A DNA stretch of 64,000 nt, taken from the human T2T-CHM13v2.0 reference genome, Homo sapiens. Location of the stretch: the NCBI RefSeq assembly GCF_009914755.1, contig NC_060942.1, one strand, 5' to 3'. Shown here piece by piece: positions 14,296 to 27,948 of the stretch. The notes beneath the pieces are model-generated. The model made no database searches, was not told the DNA's origin, and saw nothing but the letters and a program-made list of their open reading frames with translations. The position numbers were made by a program, and so were the translations under genes. Numbering within the stretch: the stretch's first letter is position 1; every line of letters begins with the position of its first letter.

Positions 14296-14467
14296 CACTC
14301 ATAAGACATGAAAACTGGGAGGGAACCAAATGTCCATCGGGTGGAAGAAGGGGTGAGTCCCTTATGCTCTGTCATGAAAAACTATTTAGCATTGAAAGTA
14401 AACGGACTACAGCAAATCAGAATCACACGGGCGAATCTTTGAATCACAATGTTGACTAAAAGAAGCC

Positions 14468-14573
14468 AGGCAAAAAAGAATGCATACTATATAAGCCACC
14501 TGTCTAGAAACACAAAAGTGAGGCAAAAAAGAATGCATGCTATATAAGCCACCTGTCTAGAAACACAAAAGTG
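14468..14573. repeat. Tandem duplication, 53 bp x2
   Basis: aggcaaaaaagaatgcat(a/g)ctatataagccacctgtctagaaacacaaaagtg at 14468 and 14521, one mismatch. Confidence 0.95.
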
Positions 14574-14634
14574 AAATAGGCTGCCAGAAGTCAGGACCAT
14601 GCTGTTCTCTGAGGAGAAGAAAGAAGATTTCAAC

Positions 14635-14787
14635 CGAGCTGTGACAAGATTTCCCGAGATCCCCTCTCTGTAGTCACTAAGGGATCTCCACATTCGGACA
14701 ATATGCTGAACTGTGACAAGATTTCCCACCATCCCCTCTCCGTAGTCGCTTAAGGTTGTCCATGTTTGGACAATTTGCTGAGCTGTG
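14635..14787. repeat. Diverged tandem duplication, 72 bp x2
   Basis: 'ctgtgacaagatttccc' at 14639 and 14711, with 'ctgtg' again at 14783. Confidence 0.9.
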
Positions 14788-15749
14788 CTTTTATGTCGTG
14801 CTCGCTTTTCTCAAGCTTGTTATTCCTCAACAACAACAACAACAAGAAGGCCAAATACCGGGGAAAACCCTGCTAGATGGAAAGCCCCAGGGGATGGGAG
14901 CTCCACCCACCCCGCAGGTTCCGTGCAGCTGGCCTGGCGCACATGTGCAGTCATCCTGGGTGGAGGAAAGGAGTCGCCGTCAGCAGGGAGGGCATGCCTC
15001 CTGCGTGCCTAATCCGGCATGATTTGTAGCCTCCTCTCACACACTTCATCACGTTCTACAATCTTGTTTCTCAATTTTCTTTGCTATCTGATACACCCAT
15101 GAATCTGTCAAAATATTCATCTTACTCTGTTCTTTATGCCATCAAAATAACAGCTTCAGTGGCATCAAATATACAAGCTGTGAGAGAAGACCAATATTTC
15201 TTATATCTAGAATGCCCTGGCCCATTAAATTTTCTGGTTGATTCCAGTGCACGACCTGACTTACCAATTCTCAGAGAATTAGAAAACCCATTCTGAAATT
15301 GACCTCAAATTTCTTGATCCCAAAACTCACTAGTTGACCCCAAAAGCTCACCCCCAAGGCGAAGGCCATTTGAGGCTCACCTGTGCTATCAGCCCACCTG
15401 ACGCCGTAATCCCGGGCAGGGAGTGAAGGAGGAATCCATCTGACTCCATTTGTGACTTAATTCCACAGGTGGCTTTTGATAAAACCTCTGGCTTTCACCC
15501 AACTTCTCAGGGGCAATTTTGACCTGGGAATCTGGCCCTTCTCAAAAGTCATCATGACTTTATGGAAATGAGAAAGTGACAAGAAAGAAAAACAATGAGG
15601 ACAGGAAGACCCCCGACCTGCTGGCAAAGACAGCTGGTAATCAAACCATTTCAGTAAGCCTCATTAACACAAAATAGTTAAGCCAAAGTCATACTGATCC
15701 ATATTCACTTTATCTTAAAATTTCTTTAAAAAAATAGGATAAGAATCCA

Positions 15750-16190
15750 ATTACAACATTATTCATAATAGTCAAAATGTGAAAACAACAGGAATGCCCA
15801 TCAACTCATGAATGGATAAATAAAATGTGGTCCATCCATACAATGGAGCTAAGAAAAGGACAGAAGTACTGAGAAATACTACAAGACAGATGAATCTTGA
15901 AAGCAGTATGCTAAATGAAGAAGGCAGTCACAAAAGCCTACGCACCACATGACTCTATCTACGGGAAACACCCAGCAGCCAGTCACCGAAGGCTACACAC
16001 CGCACAACTCCGTCTACGTGAAACGCCCAGCGCAGGCGTGCCGGCACATGGGGTGATGAGCGTGCTCTAAAGGTGATCGCGGTGACAGACTGCATAAATC
16101 TAGGATTCTGCCAATACCCTGAATTGTATACTTTCAGTGGGTGGGCCGTACGGTGTGCTAATTTCGTCTCAATAAAGCTGTTATAAAAAA
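15750..16190 (+). mobile_element. Old L1M (L1MB/ME-like) 3' end fragment
   Basis: 'cattattcataatagtcaaaatgtgaaaacaac...catcaactcatgaatggataaataaaatgtggtcc' through 'tctcaataaagctgttataaaaaa'. Confidence 0.8.
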
Positions 16191-18034
16191 CAAGGAAGGC
16201 GCCCTGCTCCTTTTCATTCCAGCCTTGACGGTGTGCATGTTATCAATTTGATCTGGAATTAAAGTGGCCTGTCTGGAATGTTTGACAAGTAAACTTTCCT
16301 CATGCACGATACATCTGACCTAAAACAATAGCAGCAGGCAGCTGCGGAGGGCAGTTTACTCCATCACCTGAGGGCGAGAGCCCTGCACATTAACAGCAGG
16401 ACAGTTCACTGAAGCAGGTAATGGATTGGTCGGTGGAAACAAGAAATCTTTGTGGGAATGGGTGTGATTATTCATATAGTCTGCTTGCTAATTGTGGCTC
16501 TGTGAACAGTATTTTCAGTGCCTTTGAGAGCCCTGAACGTCAGGGGTTCCACCAATGGCCTAGCAAACACAGAGGCGCGCTGACGGCTCAGCTCTGGGGC
16601 CATCTGACACGTGGCTGAACTTGCACAACTGTCTAATCCTGTGTTTCCACACCACTTGTGACAGTGAGCGTTGCTTGACAGGGGTTTATGCAAGGACAAC
16701 GTGTGTGCGCCTACGCCGTGTGCACGTGTGTGTGCCTGTGCATATCTTGGCCAGTATGTCAGCACACACTCCACGCACTCCAGGTTGGCTCATGTCAGTG
16801 TGTTCTTTAAGCTCGAAAGAACCTAAAGGGGAAGACAATGCCTGATGAATTCCCTGCATATGGGGCCAAATAAACATAGTCTAGAGGGCTGAACGGTTTG
16901 TGGGTTCCTTTTTTACAATCCCATCCTCGAATGGCAAAAGTGCGTGTTCATCTTGCAGGATTTTCTTTATAGGATTGCCTTCTTGGAGAAGCCCCTCATG
17001 GGAGGTCCTGGCAGCAGCCCTTCCCTGTCTCATCAGGATGGGTTGACTGTCCTGGCTGGTGTTTCCTGAAGGGCTGGGCAGGGATCTCTGTACTCAAGAG
17101 ACAGAGACCATGGGAAGCGCTTGCTGACCTGATGCCAGGCCAAGTATACCTGGGGAAGCCAGGAGAAGACCTGTTTTCCCGGGGTCTGAAACGGCTGCTG
17201 AAGGCAGGGAAGGGGCTGTCCTCCCAGGTAGCCCCGAGAGTCTCTTCTGCTTTTCTGCCACCACCCCGAGGGTCCACGTACCCTTGGACGGATGACCCCA
17301 GATTATCCCAACCCAGATGTTCTGTCTCCTCTTCCACAGGATTCCCAGGGCTCTGACCCGACCCTAGCTGAGCACCAAACTGAGAACTTTGAAAATAAAC
17401 TGCACCTTTGAAAGCAAAAGGGACACGCGGCAGCAAGAGGCAAAACAAAGCTGATGCTGGAGGTGGCATCCTTGATTTCCAATTAAGAAAAAGCGGTCCT
17501 CCGATACTTTGCACTTATTAAAGGTATTCCTGCTTTACAAACAGCTTCCCAGTTTAGTGGGTTGTAAATGTTTTTAAAAATTAGGAGGTAAGACTGTCCT
17601 TGCAGTCAGAGGTCTGCTACTAAGCTGCAAACCAGCGAGATCAACCATGCCAAGCATTTTAAGAACTCACTTGATTTTATTTACATTTGGCCCTTGTAGA
17701 AGGAAAAAAATTAGTAAAGGGAGATTTTTAACTTAATCAAATCTGGGGGGAAAATAATAGATAATAGATTCAGTGTCACCTTGAAGACGTCAGCCTGCTA
17801 CTATAATGTAAGTCAAACCTGCCTCGGCGGTGGCTTACTGAGCCTGGCGTCACGTGGGCAACCTCCCCTCCAGGCACACAGGTGCCTGCAGGTGTCCAGG
17901 TCCTGTGCCAGCCAGGATGCAATTTCTGGCTTCGCAGCTTTGCCCACGTGCACACAGCCTCCAAGGCTTTGGGGGTGCTGCCAGGCTGGAAGTGTGGCGT
18001 GTCCAGGAGTGCACCCAAGCCACACCACTAGGGC

Positions 18035-18230
18035 AGGGACGTCTGATCCATCAGACGCAAACCTAGATTCCAGCTCAGCCACGTGTTGCAGGTGTGATCT
18101 TGACTGTTCCTGAAATCCACGAGCCAGCACTTCTTTATCTGCAGTTAGGAATCATGATGCCAACTTTGCAGAGATGTCGAGAAGAACAAAAGGATAGCTT
18201 CATAAAGAGTCTGCCATGTAGGAAACACAC
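18035..18230 (+). mobile_element. MIR SINE relic
   Basis: 'ccagctcagccacgtgttgcaggtgtgatcttg...cttctttatctgcagttagg' matches the MIR core pattern. Confidence 0.55.
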
Positions 18231-20719
18231 AGAAATCGCTGCTATTGGTTTGCTTGGGAAGAACAGCTTCTGAGCCCAGCTTGAACAGCCGCTGCTTCTC
18301 CACACCAAGTTTACTGCAATGGTGAGTCAAGAAGCGAATGCTTTCCCCGGACCTCCACGAAGATGCCGGAAACTTTTCTGCTCAACTTTGCAAGGGGCCA
18401 TCTAAGTGCCACTTAGAGACGGAAGCTCTGACCCAACCCCACAGGGATGTTTTTTCCTTTCATTCCTTTGCTCTGAACACTTGGCCGTATGCTGTGTGCA
18501 GCAGAGACAGGACTCAGGGAAGAGACAGGTGCCTGCCACCACTGTTGGTCTTCGTCTTCCGGCGTCTGAAAGTGGCGATCATGGGTATATCGGCCAGCAC
18601 TTTGAAAAACAGGTCTCTCCAACAAAAGCAACTGAGACATAAAACATCTGTCCAGAAACCTGGGGGCATTGCTGGTGTCATGAGGTGGGGTCACCAGGCG
18701 TCTGGAGCCTTCGACCTCAGCCGCAGCAGCAGCAGCAAAAGAAGCCCCACAAAATCGTCGCCGTCCGAATCTGCGACCAGCAGCCCCTTCCTCCGATCCT
18801 GACTCATTGATCAGCTTACTGGCTCCGTGAGCCGCCACAACGCCCTAATGCAGAATGATGCCCTCCAGAGGGGCAGGGTGTTCACGAAGTCTTTGCTGAC
18901 TGGTCATCCCGGGAGGGCCTGGGTCTAGACTGGCAGCAGGCGTTAACCCTTCTCAGGCATAGACTCAGTAGGTCCCTTTCCCCTGACCCCCGGATGACCT
19001 CGTGTTTTCATCTGAAGGCATGAGTGCTTGCGGAACGCGTCATCACTGGGGTCATTGTCCATCCACCCAGGCCACATACATTGGTTATCAAGCCATCACA
19101 GCTCTGGTTCTGAAGATCCCCTATCACAGTCAGCCGATTTCAAGATGTTAAATGTTTCAACACAATTTTTCCCTCATTCCTCTGTACTCTAACATATTAG
19201 CAAGCATAGAAATAAAGTTACTACAAACAGCTGGTCTAAATTATTCTTCAAGTTTATCTTTGTAAACACCCTCTCTGGGTTGCAGAATATGCATATTTTC
19301 TATGCTCCACATTTGGCTCCATAGACATTGTTATGAGTACTGTATGGTATGGTTAAAAATGTTTCTCTTTCATTTCGGAGTCTTTAATTTTATGTTTGAG
19401 CTCTGCATAAAAATAGCTTGTAATTGCTTTTTGACAGTAATAAGCCTAAGATTGTGACTCAAAAATTTGAGATATTATGTTCTTTTGTAATTGTATTCAA
19501 TGAACACATAGTTCAATATGGAACTTTAAAAAAAAATCCCCAGCTTGTGCAGTTCCTTCATTGTACTGACACCACGAAAGTGACAGTGAGAGTCGGTGAA
19601 CCAGGAGGCCTGATGAGGACTCACACTTACTTGTTAAGAAAGCTCGTTTTTATTGAGAGAAAAGCCATCTTTACACAAGCTGCAGTGTCTATGGAAGAGC
19701 TGAAAACTCAGAGCCTTCAACCCTTGTCTCCTCACCCTCAGCTTGCGTTGCACCTCATGGCATCCTGTGGAGCTGAGCAACAGTGAGATTCAAATTCTCT
19801 TATCTCATCTCAGGGACAATTCCACCAGAGAGTTCAACAATCAAATGGTGTGTAATACAAATAAAATAAGGCCAGACATTGAAAGCCAAAAGCATTGTAC
19901 ACCTCCCAAGCGTGAATTGAGATGAATACTGTTCTAAGAAATTACACAGAGATGGTGTGAGGTGTTAAAAATTGGCTAACATGTTTCTCAGGGAAACTGA
20001 AATCAGATAGGATATTCTAGAAACATAAGAGAACAAACTCCATCAATGTTGTCTCATCAACATCAATCCACATAGACTTTTTATTTGTTCTTTTCTTGTC
20101 AAACTTAAATTTCTTCCATAAATATAGCTTCACTTTACATTTCAGCTAACAGCGTTAAGTGGGAAGGGTCCACAGGTCCAGCAAGCTGCCACAATTTAGA
20201 ACCTGCCACTCTGTTTTCATTAAATTCACTGCCATTTCTCTCAGCAGCAAGAAATAATGTAGAACAGTTTTTAGATATATCAATTAATATCAGAAAGATA
20301 GGAGAAAAGGATGGTTTTAACAGCTAAAGTCCAGGAGAATAAAATGTAGCTAAATCATGTTTTTCCTCTCAGGCCAGTGCCTCTGTTGTGATGGGCCTGA
20401 GCATTCAACAGAGACATTCAAAGCCACGGAATGTGATTTCCACTTTAAACTTTCCCCCGATGACCAACCGCCATGCACTTTCCTCCAAATATCAATAGAG
20501 CAACCAAAGCTGAGGCCCAGCAGTCTTCCTTCTAAGCTTCCAAGGCAACAGAATACATTTTTGTTCATGTACAAAATAGAAAATAGGGAGAAACACAACT
20601 CGTTTTTAATGAATTACATAAGTTTAAACACTTTGAGTCTATCAAACAAGGTCATGCTGGCAAAGAACAAAGCACACAGCTCGCACAAGGGAGGTACTCA
20701 GGATGAGATGGTGATGGCG

Positions 20720-21630
20720 ATGAGATGACCACCATCGAAACACTGCAAAGCCCCTCCACAGCGAAGACAATAATGATGACCATCATGGGGGTGGTGCAGG
20801 CCCTGGAGACTGTGAAGACCATCATGATGATGATGATGACCATCGTGGGGGTGGTGAGAACCCTGGAGACTGTGAAGCCCTGGCATGGTGATGATGATGA
20901 CCATGACCATCGTGGGGGTGGTGGTGACCCTGGAGACTGTGAAGCCCGTCATGATGAAGACAATGACGATGACCATCGTGGGGGTGGTGGGGACCCTGGA
21001 GACTGTGAAGCCCCAGCATCATGATGATGATGATGACCATCGTGGGGGTGGTACAGGCCCTGGATACTGTGGAGCCCATCATTATGATGACAATGACCAT
21101 CGTGGGTGTGATGGGGACCCTGGAGACTGTGAAGCCCCAGCATCGTGATGATGATGATGACCATCGTGGGGGTGGTGGAGGCCCTGGATACTGTGGAGCC
21201 CGTCACGATGATGACGATGACCATCGTGGGGGTGGTGTAGGCCCTGGATACTGTGAAGCCCGTCATGATGAAGATGATGACGATGACCATCATGGGAGTG
21301 GTGGGGACCCTGGAGACTGTGAAGCCCCAGCATCGTGATGATGATAATGACCATCGTGGGGGTGGTGGAGGTCCTGGATACTGTGGAGCCCATCATGGTG
21401 ATGATGATGATGACGATGACCATCGTGGGAGTGGTGCAGGCCCTGGATACTGTGGAGCTCGTCATGATGATGATGATGACCATCGTGGGGGTGGTGCAGG
21501 CCCTGGATACTGTGAAGCCCATCATGATGAAGATGATGACGATGACCATCATGGGGGTGGGGGGGACCCTGGAGACTGTGAAGCCCGTCATGATGAAGAT
21601 AACGATGACCATCATAGGGGTGGTAGGGTG
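20720..21630. repeat. Minisatellite with variable unit of about 60-70 bp and an internal (GAT)n tract, about 14 copies
   Basis: Recurrent 'gatgaccatcgtgggggtggtg...ccctgga(g/t)actgtg(a/g)agccc...catgatg'. Confidence 0.95.
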
Positions 21631-23586
21631 GTACCTAAGGTCCTGAATATTGCAAATCCCCTAATGCCCATGGTCTCCTTGAGGCAGATAACCTAGACTT
21701 TAGATAGCTCGGTATTTCTTACATCACTTGTGCCAGCCACAAAGGAATTTGAGACCCCACTCACTCTTCTGGATCCTTCTTGATAGAAACTTACCCTGGA
21801 ATAAGGTAAATAGTTTTACCCATTGTATTAGGTAATGCTAGTTGCTGTTAAAAAATAAATCCAACATCTCAGTGACTGAATCTTCTCACAGCTTTTCTCT
21901 TGCTTAGGTAGCTGTCCATAGCAGATATCTCCTCTCTGTGTTGGCCCCCATCTCCCTGAGCCTGGAGTCCTCTGCATTGGCCAGAGGAGAACTCACACTG
22001 CAGGAAGCCCTGTGCTTCCCTGAGATGCCCCACGATGCACTGTGGGGACAAGGTGGCGGCTCCACCTGGGTGGGGGGAGCTGGGCTGCAAACTCCTGCCC
22101 ACCCCCCTCCCCCTGCGGGCTCCAGGAAAGGGCCATGTATCTCCAGTGGACAAGCCACCATCTCAGAGATGCTCTCCATTTCTGTCATATATTCTATTAT
22201 TATTTTCTATTCTCAAAGACAGCCTGATAGCAGATGTCCTCAGGATTCCACAGGATGAACTGTCCCTGTAGTTCTGAAGTGTTGAGTCTGAGTCTCCTGA
22301 TGGGAGACTTGTTACAGGAGCTGTGCCACACTGTTGGGATCACGTCAGTGTTTCATGCCAGAAGGTTCCACACAGACCATTATTTACCGGAGTCAGAACA
22401 GTCTCGGTGAGACGGCTCCTCAGCTGCTTAACCATGCCAGCGCCACCCAGACAGTCTCAATTCTCATGGAGGTTCCAGTCTCCATCTGTGGGCCTCGGCC
22501 CCAACAGCTGACTGTCTGCAGCATTAACACTAGAGGGGCTGGGGTCTTCGATGCAGCCCTTTTGAATGACTCCACCCTTCTTTCTCTAGGGATTATTTTT
22601 TTCTGTGTCTCTTAGATCTACGAAGCCAAAGGCCTCTCAGCTCTGGAATTAGATGGAAGAGCAATCCTGGTTAATGAGGATCCTCCAGGAATGGTGTCTG
22701 GGGCCTGCCTGTCCCCTGTACACACGCAATGCCAGGCATGAAGTCACCAACTCCCTGCAGAGAGACATGCACACAGGACACAGGGCTGTGGCCCTTCCCA
22801 TGGGTGCGACCTTCCCGCCCTCCTGGCTGGCCCATGTTCATAAACACAATTTTCTCTAAACTATCATACCATATACCATCACCTCTTTAGGTATTCAGAT
22901 TTTGCCTAGGATTTTCTTTATTAACAAGAAAATGTTTACTACAATGAACAATTCTGACTCGTAACAACAGTATCCCCTGAGCACTTTAGTCTGTCACGGC
23001 ATGCGCCCCTCAGGGCCACATCAGTGCCACGCTGTCTGGGCGGCAGCTGTTCCAGAACCTGCTCTGGGTAATGATGTTCGGCAGACACACAGATCCATGA
23101 GTGCTGAGGCTAATTATGTAATAAGGGAATCACTCTTAAAATTTTATAAACGTTAATATAGACATTTAACTTCAATTTCTTTGAAAGTTAGGTAGGAAAT
23201 GAGAATTCTACTAGTGCTAGTACCAAATGCTCACTTTTATACAGAGGTTTTAAAATGTAGGGCCTTGCAAATCTAATGCTGTATTCATGCTGCAAATTAC
23301 TCTCCTTGGCATTGAAATATCACTGCAATTAAACCTGCAGTAAAGTATTACAAAAAGCCCTTGACTGTTTTCAAACAAAATCGTGCAGCTCTTCAGAACG
23401 CTGTGCGTTGAAGGGCGAGCCATCTACTGTGTAATTCATTTTTATTATCTGCTCAACATTCCTCCAAAACAGTTTGTTCTTTCCTTTCCACAGCGTGGAT
23501 ACTTAGCTTTCCAGAGCTGGTGTCCATCGTGAAGAACGCGGCTGCCCTCACCAGCTCCTACTCGTGGGGTGGGGAAGGGGTAGTTT

Positions 23587-23716
23587 CCCCTGCCAGCATC
23601 CACGCCCCTGCCAGCATCCACGCCCCTGCCAGCATCCACGCCCCTGCCAGCATCCACGCACCTGCCAGCATCCACGCACCTGCCAGCATCCATGCACCTG
23701 CCAGCATCCACGCACC
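23587..23716. repeat. Minisatellite, 18-bp unit, about 7 copies
   Basis: (c/a)cctgccagcatccacgc repeated; gives the PASIHA repeat ORF. Confidence 0.96.
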
Positions 23717-24485
23717 AGCCAGGCGCACTCCTCTGCTTCCCAGTTCCCTGATTCCTGGAATTAGAACTATTTCACCTATCGGCAAGAGAGACAGTGGGTC
23801 AGCCAGCGCCTACTGAGCGTTCTGTGCCGGGGATAACATGATGAGCAAGGCAGACAGGCCCTCTGGCCTCAGAAAACTTCTATTCTAGCGGGGAAAAAAA
23901 AGACATTAAACAAAGCACTGGAGCAAGCAAGCACCAGGAGTGCCGGGACAGAGAGGAGAGTGAGGCATGAAGGAGAGAACGGGCCAATCGGTCAGCCAGC
24001 AGGGCCCACGACCAGCCCCTGTTCTCCAGGAAACCAGCCCATCTCCCAAGGAGGATGAGGCACTCCATGAGGCCGGCCTTCCTGCTGGCCAATTCTGACT
24101 ATGGGCCCTTCTGCCAGAAGCACTGGGTTCTGCCTGCTTTGTTCCTATTTAAGGACTGTCACCAAGAAGCCCACACCAGCAGGTGGGAGGCTGCCTGGGG
24201 TCTGTCCTTTCTCTGGTTTCTACACTGAGCTGACACCCAACATGGACCCTGTGTGTGTCCACAGTGGCTCTCCAGCCTGCCCCTCCTCCCCAGTCTGACA
24301 ATCCACACTCAGATGGTGCCGGAGGTCTGAAGCTGTTCTCCCTCCCATCACATTCTTGCCCCTCCATTTATTTTCCAATTCTATGGAAATTCTAAAATAC
24401 GACTCTCATTTCATTCCCTCACACTTGAAACTTTCCAGAGGCTCCAAGAGAAATGCAAATGCTCCGCAGGAGGCAGAGCTTGACT

Positions 24486-25030
24486 TCAGCCCTGCAGGGA
24501 CACCCGTCACCTCCAGACACCACACGCCAAACCCCTGCAGGGGCACCCGTCACCTCCACTTACCACACGCTCCACCTCAGCCCTGCAGAGACACCTGTCA
24601 CCTCCAGACACCACATGCTCCACCTCAGCCCTGCAGGGACCCTCGTCACCTCCACACACCACATGTTCCACCTCAGCCCTGCAGAAGCACTCATCACCTC
24701 CAGAAACCACACGCCAAACCCCTGCAGGGGCACTTGTCACCTCCAGACACCACACACTCCACTCAGCCCTGCAGGGACCCCTGTCACCTCCAGACACCAC
24801 ACACTCCACTCAGCCCTGCAGGGACCCCTGTCACCTCCACACACCACACGCTCCACCTCAGCCCTGCAGAGACACCTGTCACCTCCAGAAACCACACGCC
24901 AAACCCCTGCAGGGGCACCTGTCACCTCCAGAAACCACACATTCCACCTCAGCCCTGCAGGGACCCCCATCACCGCCAGAAACCACACGCTCCCCTTCAG
25001 CCCTGCAGGGCACCCGTCACCTCCAGACTC
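24486..25030. repeat. Minisatellite with about 43-48 bp unit variants, about 12 copies
   Basis: Recurrent 'ccctgcag...gtcacctccag(a/c)...accacac' ending in either 'gccaaac' or 'tccacctcag'. Confidence 0.93.
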
Positions 25031-27948
25031 CGCATGCCGAATGCTGCAGCCACACAGAGCCACTCTTGCCCCCGAGTGGGACTCTCTCTTCTCTGCAGAC
25101 CTGGGACACGCTTTTCGTCTGCTGAGAAAGCTCCTTCCTGCTGGTTTTCCTCACTGCTGCTTGGTCATAAACGTCAAGTCTCAGCTTGGGCCTTTTCTGA
25201 CCTCTGTGTCAGGGCAGTGCCCACCGAGTTACCTCAGAGCATCTGTGCTTGCTCCAGTCACTGCGCGAATCCCACTGTTATTAAAATGGGGGACGGCGGG
25301 GTTAGATTGATCGGAGAGCAGGCTCTGACCTCCCACCGCCTGGGTTCGTGCTCCACACACCACAAGTAGCCGGCAGCCTCAGACAAGAAACTCAGCCCTG
25401 GGACGCCCAAGTATCTCTGTCCTGAGCCAAGCTGGGCTACAACCACCCCTGAGAGGAATGGCCCCTGACACATCAACACAGCCCTGGCATTGTGGGGACA
25501 GTCAAGTCCAACATGCAATTCTGAGTCTCCCTCCGCGAGGAAGGGAGGGGTCAGACTGTTGCCTTCCGACTGCTTCCCAAGGCCACTCCGGCCAGGAGCA
25601 CCGCCACACAGCGCTCTGCAGTCCACCTCCCACAATCAGACTGCACCATTTCACACAGAACTCTTCATCCTCTGAGAACCAGTTGCCTACAGAGCCCCAA
25701 GATCTGAGCCCCAGCCTCTCACCTGCAAAGACATGTCTGCTTCAGACGTGGCAATGTTCTGCAGAGGCACAAAACCTGGGGGCCTCAAGGTGGGGTCAAC
25801 CGAGTTGTGGGGGGTTCCTTGGGTGGGCACTTGCTTCCAGGGAGTGGTCTAGGGCCAGGGACTTTGTGGGGGCCTGTGTGTTTTCTTCCTTTTTTCTTCT
25901 TTCTCTGTTTTGTTTTTGAAAGAGAGCAGTAAAAAGGAGAAACAGCTCCAAAATCACAGTACTTAGCTACCCGAGGGCAACTGCAGTTAACCTGTCCATC
26001 TGATCCTGGGTCTCCAGAGCAGCCGTGAGATTTAAACTGGGGGTCCAAATAACAACTGGGGATGAAGAAGCGGAATTTCGCATTCAGGGGCACTTCCAAA
26101 AACATAATCTTCCATGCACGGAGCTATGTAAGAATGAAAGGACGGAGCTGACCTGCTGAGGGTGTTTAAAAGTTTCTGCTGTGGTTGCTGCATGTTGGGT
26201 GTGTGGTTGCATGTGCGTGCCTTTTCTTCTGAGCAGTTGGAGGCAGGACGACAAGAATCACCTCTTTTAACATCACAACACTGGCCTCCCCGTCAGCTTC
26301 CGACCCACACGAACCAGGCTCAAGACCCAGGAGTGTTGGATTAGGGGGTGTTGTTGCACTAGGGTGCCAGGCTGAAGCCCAGGGCCCAGACGATGCTGAG
26401 AGCTTGAGGACACTTCACTTGTTCACGTGCTTGCAAATATATAATGCAATGAACACAGATACGACGCCGCCTGCAATTTTCAACAGCGAATTCAAACCCC
26501 AACCAGAAGCAACGTGAGTTGAGAGGAGAAGCATGTGAGCAACCTTCCAAGGGTCTTCACAGCGGCCTCAGTGCTGTCCAGTGACAGTCCACGTTGTGAT
26601 CCAGCCCGAGGGGTGGGGGACCTTGGCCTCAGCAGGGAGGGAGGATGCACCAGAGTGCCTTCAGCTCTAGCGGCGCTCACCAGCTTTCTCACTTACCACA
26701 GGCATCAAAATTAAGAGGATCTTTTCAAATGCTCAAGAGTCCGTACAAATTACACCCCGGGAAAGACAACGGAGATGAGAAACGTTCCTCAGTATGACAG
26801 GCACCCCCAAGCTCATCACCGAGCCTACTCCTCCACCTGTCCCCGGCGGGAAGCAGCTGGCCAGGGTCCCGGGGTGGGATGGGGGTGGAAAGGCCAGGAG
26901 AGAGGGACTGGTAGAGCCGTGAGGTGCAGAACAAAACCCGAGAAACCAGCCAGGAGTCAGAAGAGCCTTGTGTGCACCACAAAACCCGAGTAGGGACAAT
27001 TGAAAGTGCCACAGGGCCACAAGGTGAGGAAGCTCCAGGAGTGAGGACTGGGGGGCCAGGAGGCCCAACCCTCCAAGGCATCACCAGCTTCCGCTGCCAC
27101 GAGGAAGGGAAGGGGTGTCTCCTTTGCTCCAATCTCCTTTTCAACGATATCTGGAGATTCTCATCCCATTTGAGAACAAATCTGGGGAAGAAAAACTAAA
27201 AATAAAGAGAGATTTATATTTATGTCAGTTTGGCTAAAAAAAAAAAAAAAACAAGAGAGAAACATGAATAGATCAGTGGGTAATAACTAGGCAAGTTATA
27301 TCACAATATGAGTGAATCTCCCCAGCAGAAACCAAATAACCAAATAAGTAGGCTTGCATGCCATCACCACACATCGATAACATGCACGAGCCAAAATCAG
27401 ACACCACAGTTGACAACAAATACCAGGAACCTTTCTTTGAGCAAAAGCTGTTAGTCTGTTTAATCATCTTCCAGGAGAAAAGAGAGAAGCCCCAACATCT
27501 AGACGAATTTTGAAACTAGGCTAAGTAAAACACTAAAAATATACTCTGGAAGAATGCGGTACTTAACCCTGGGGGCTGGACCCAATTACCCACCCTCCTT
27601 CTCCATCTGTAATGGCTCTCGCTTTGTGCCATCATTTCATGATGCTAACCTCTCTACCTCCTGCAGCTCAAGGACACCCCATGCTTATGTACCAAGTATC
27701 ACAAATTGTGCTTAATGACACAAAATAGGAGAACCAGGAGGGTACTCTATTTAAAGGAGGGTTCTTTTTCCATCTATGCATTTTGTTAGCACCTGATGTG
27801 TCCTTTCAGGGTAATTCTATCTGGGGTGAAAATAAAATGTTTGATGAGTAGATCTGCAGTTGGTCTACAATTAGACATTCAGGTCACATGGAATCCAAAA
27901 AACAGTAATACAAATTCTAATCTGTTTTCAAAGCTTTAACATTTGTGG

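Noticed and set aside
20698-21696. His/Asp-rich metal-binding-like or Met-rich ORFs
   Set aside because: Frames shift between VNTR units and ORFs appear on both strands.
24356-25369. 337-aa and 285-aa Pro/His/Thr-rich ORFs
   Set aside because: Driven by a minisatellite; no recognisable domain.
26655-26685. Possible CTCF site 'ctctagcggcgctc'
   Set aside because: Spacing is one base off the core motif; not supportable by eye.
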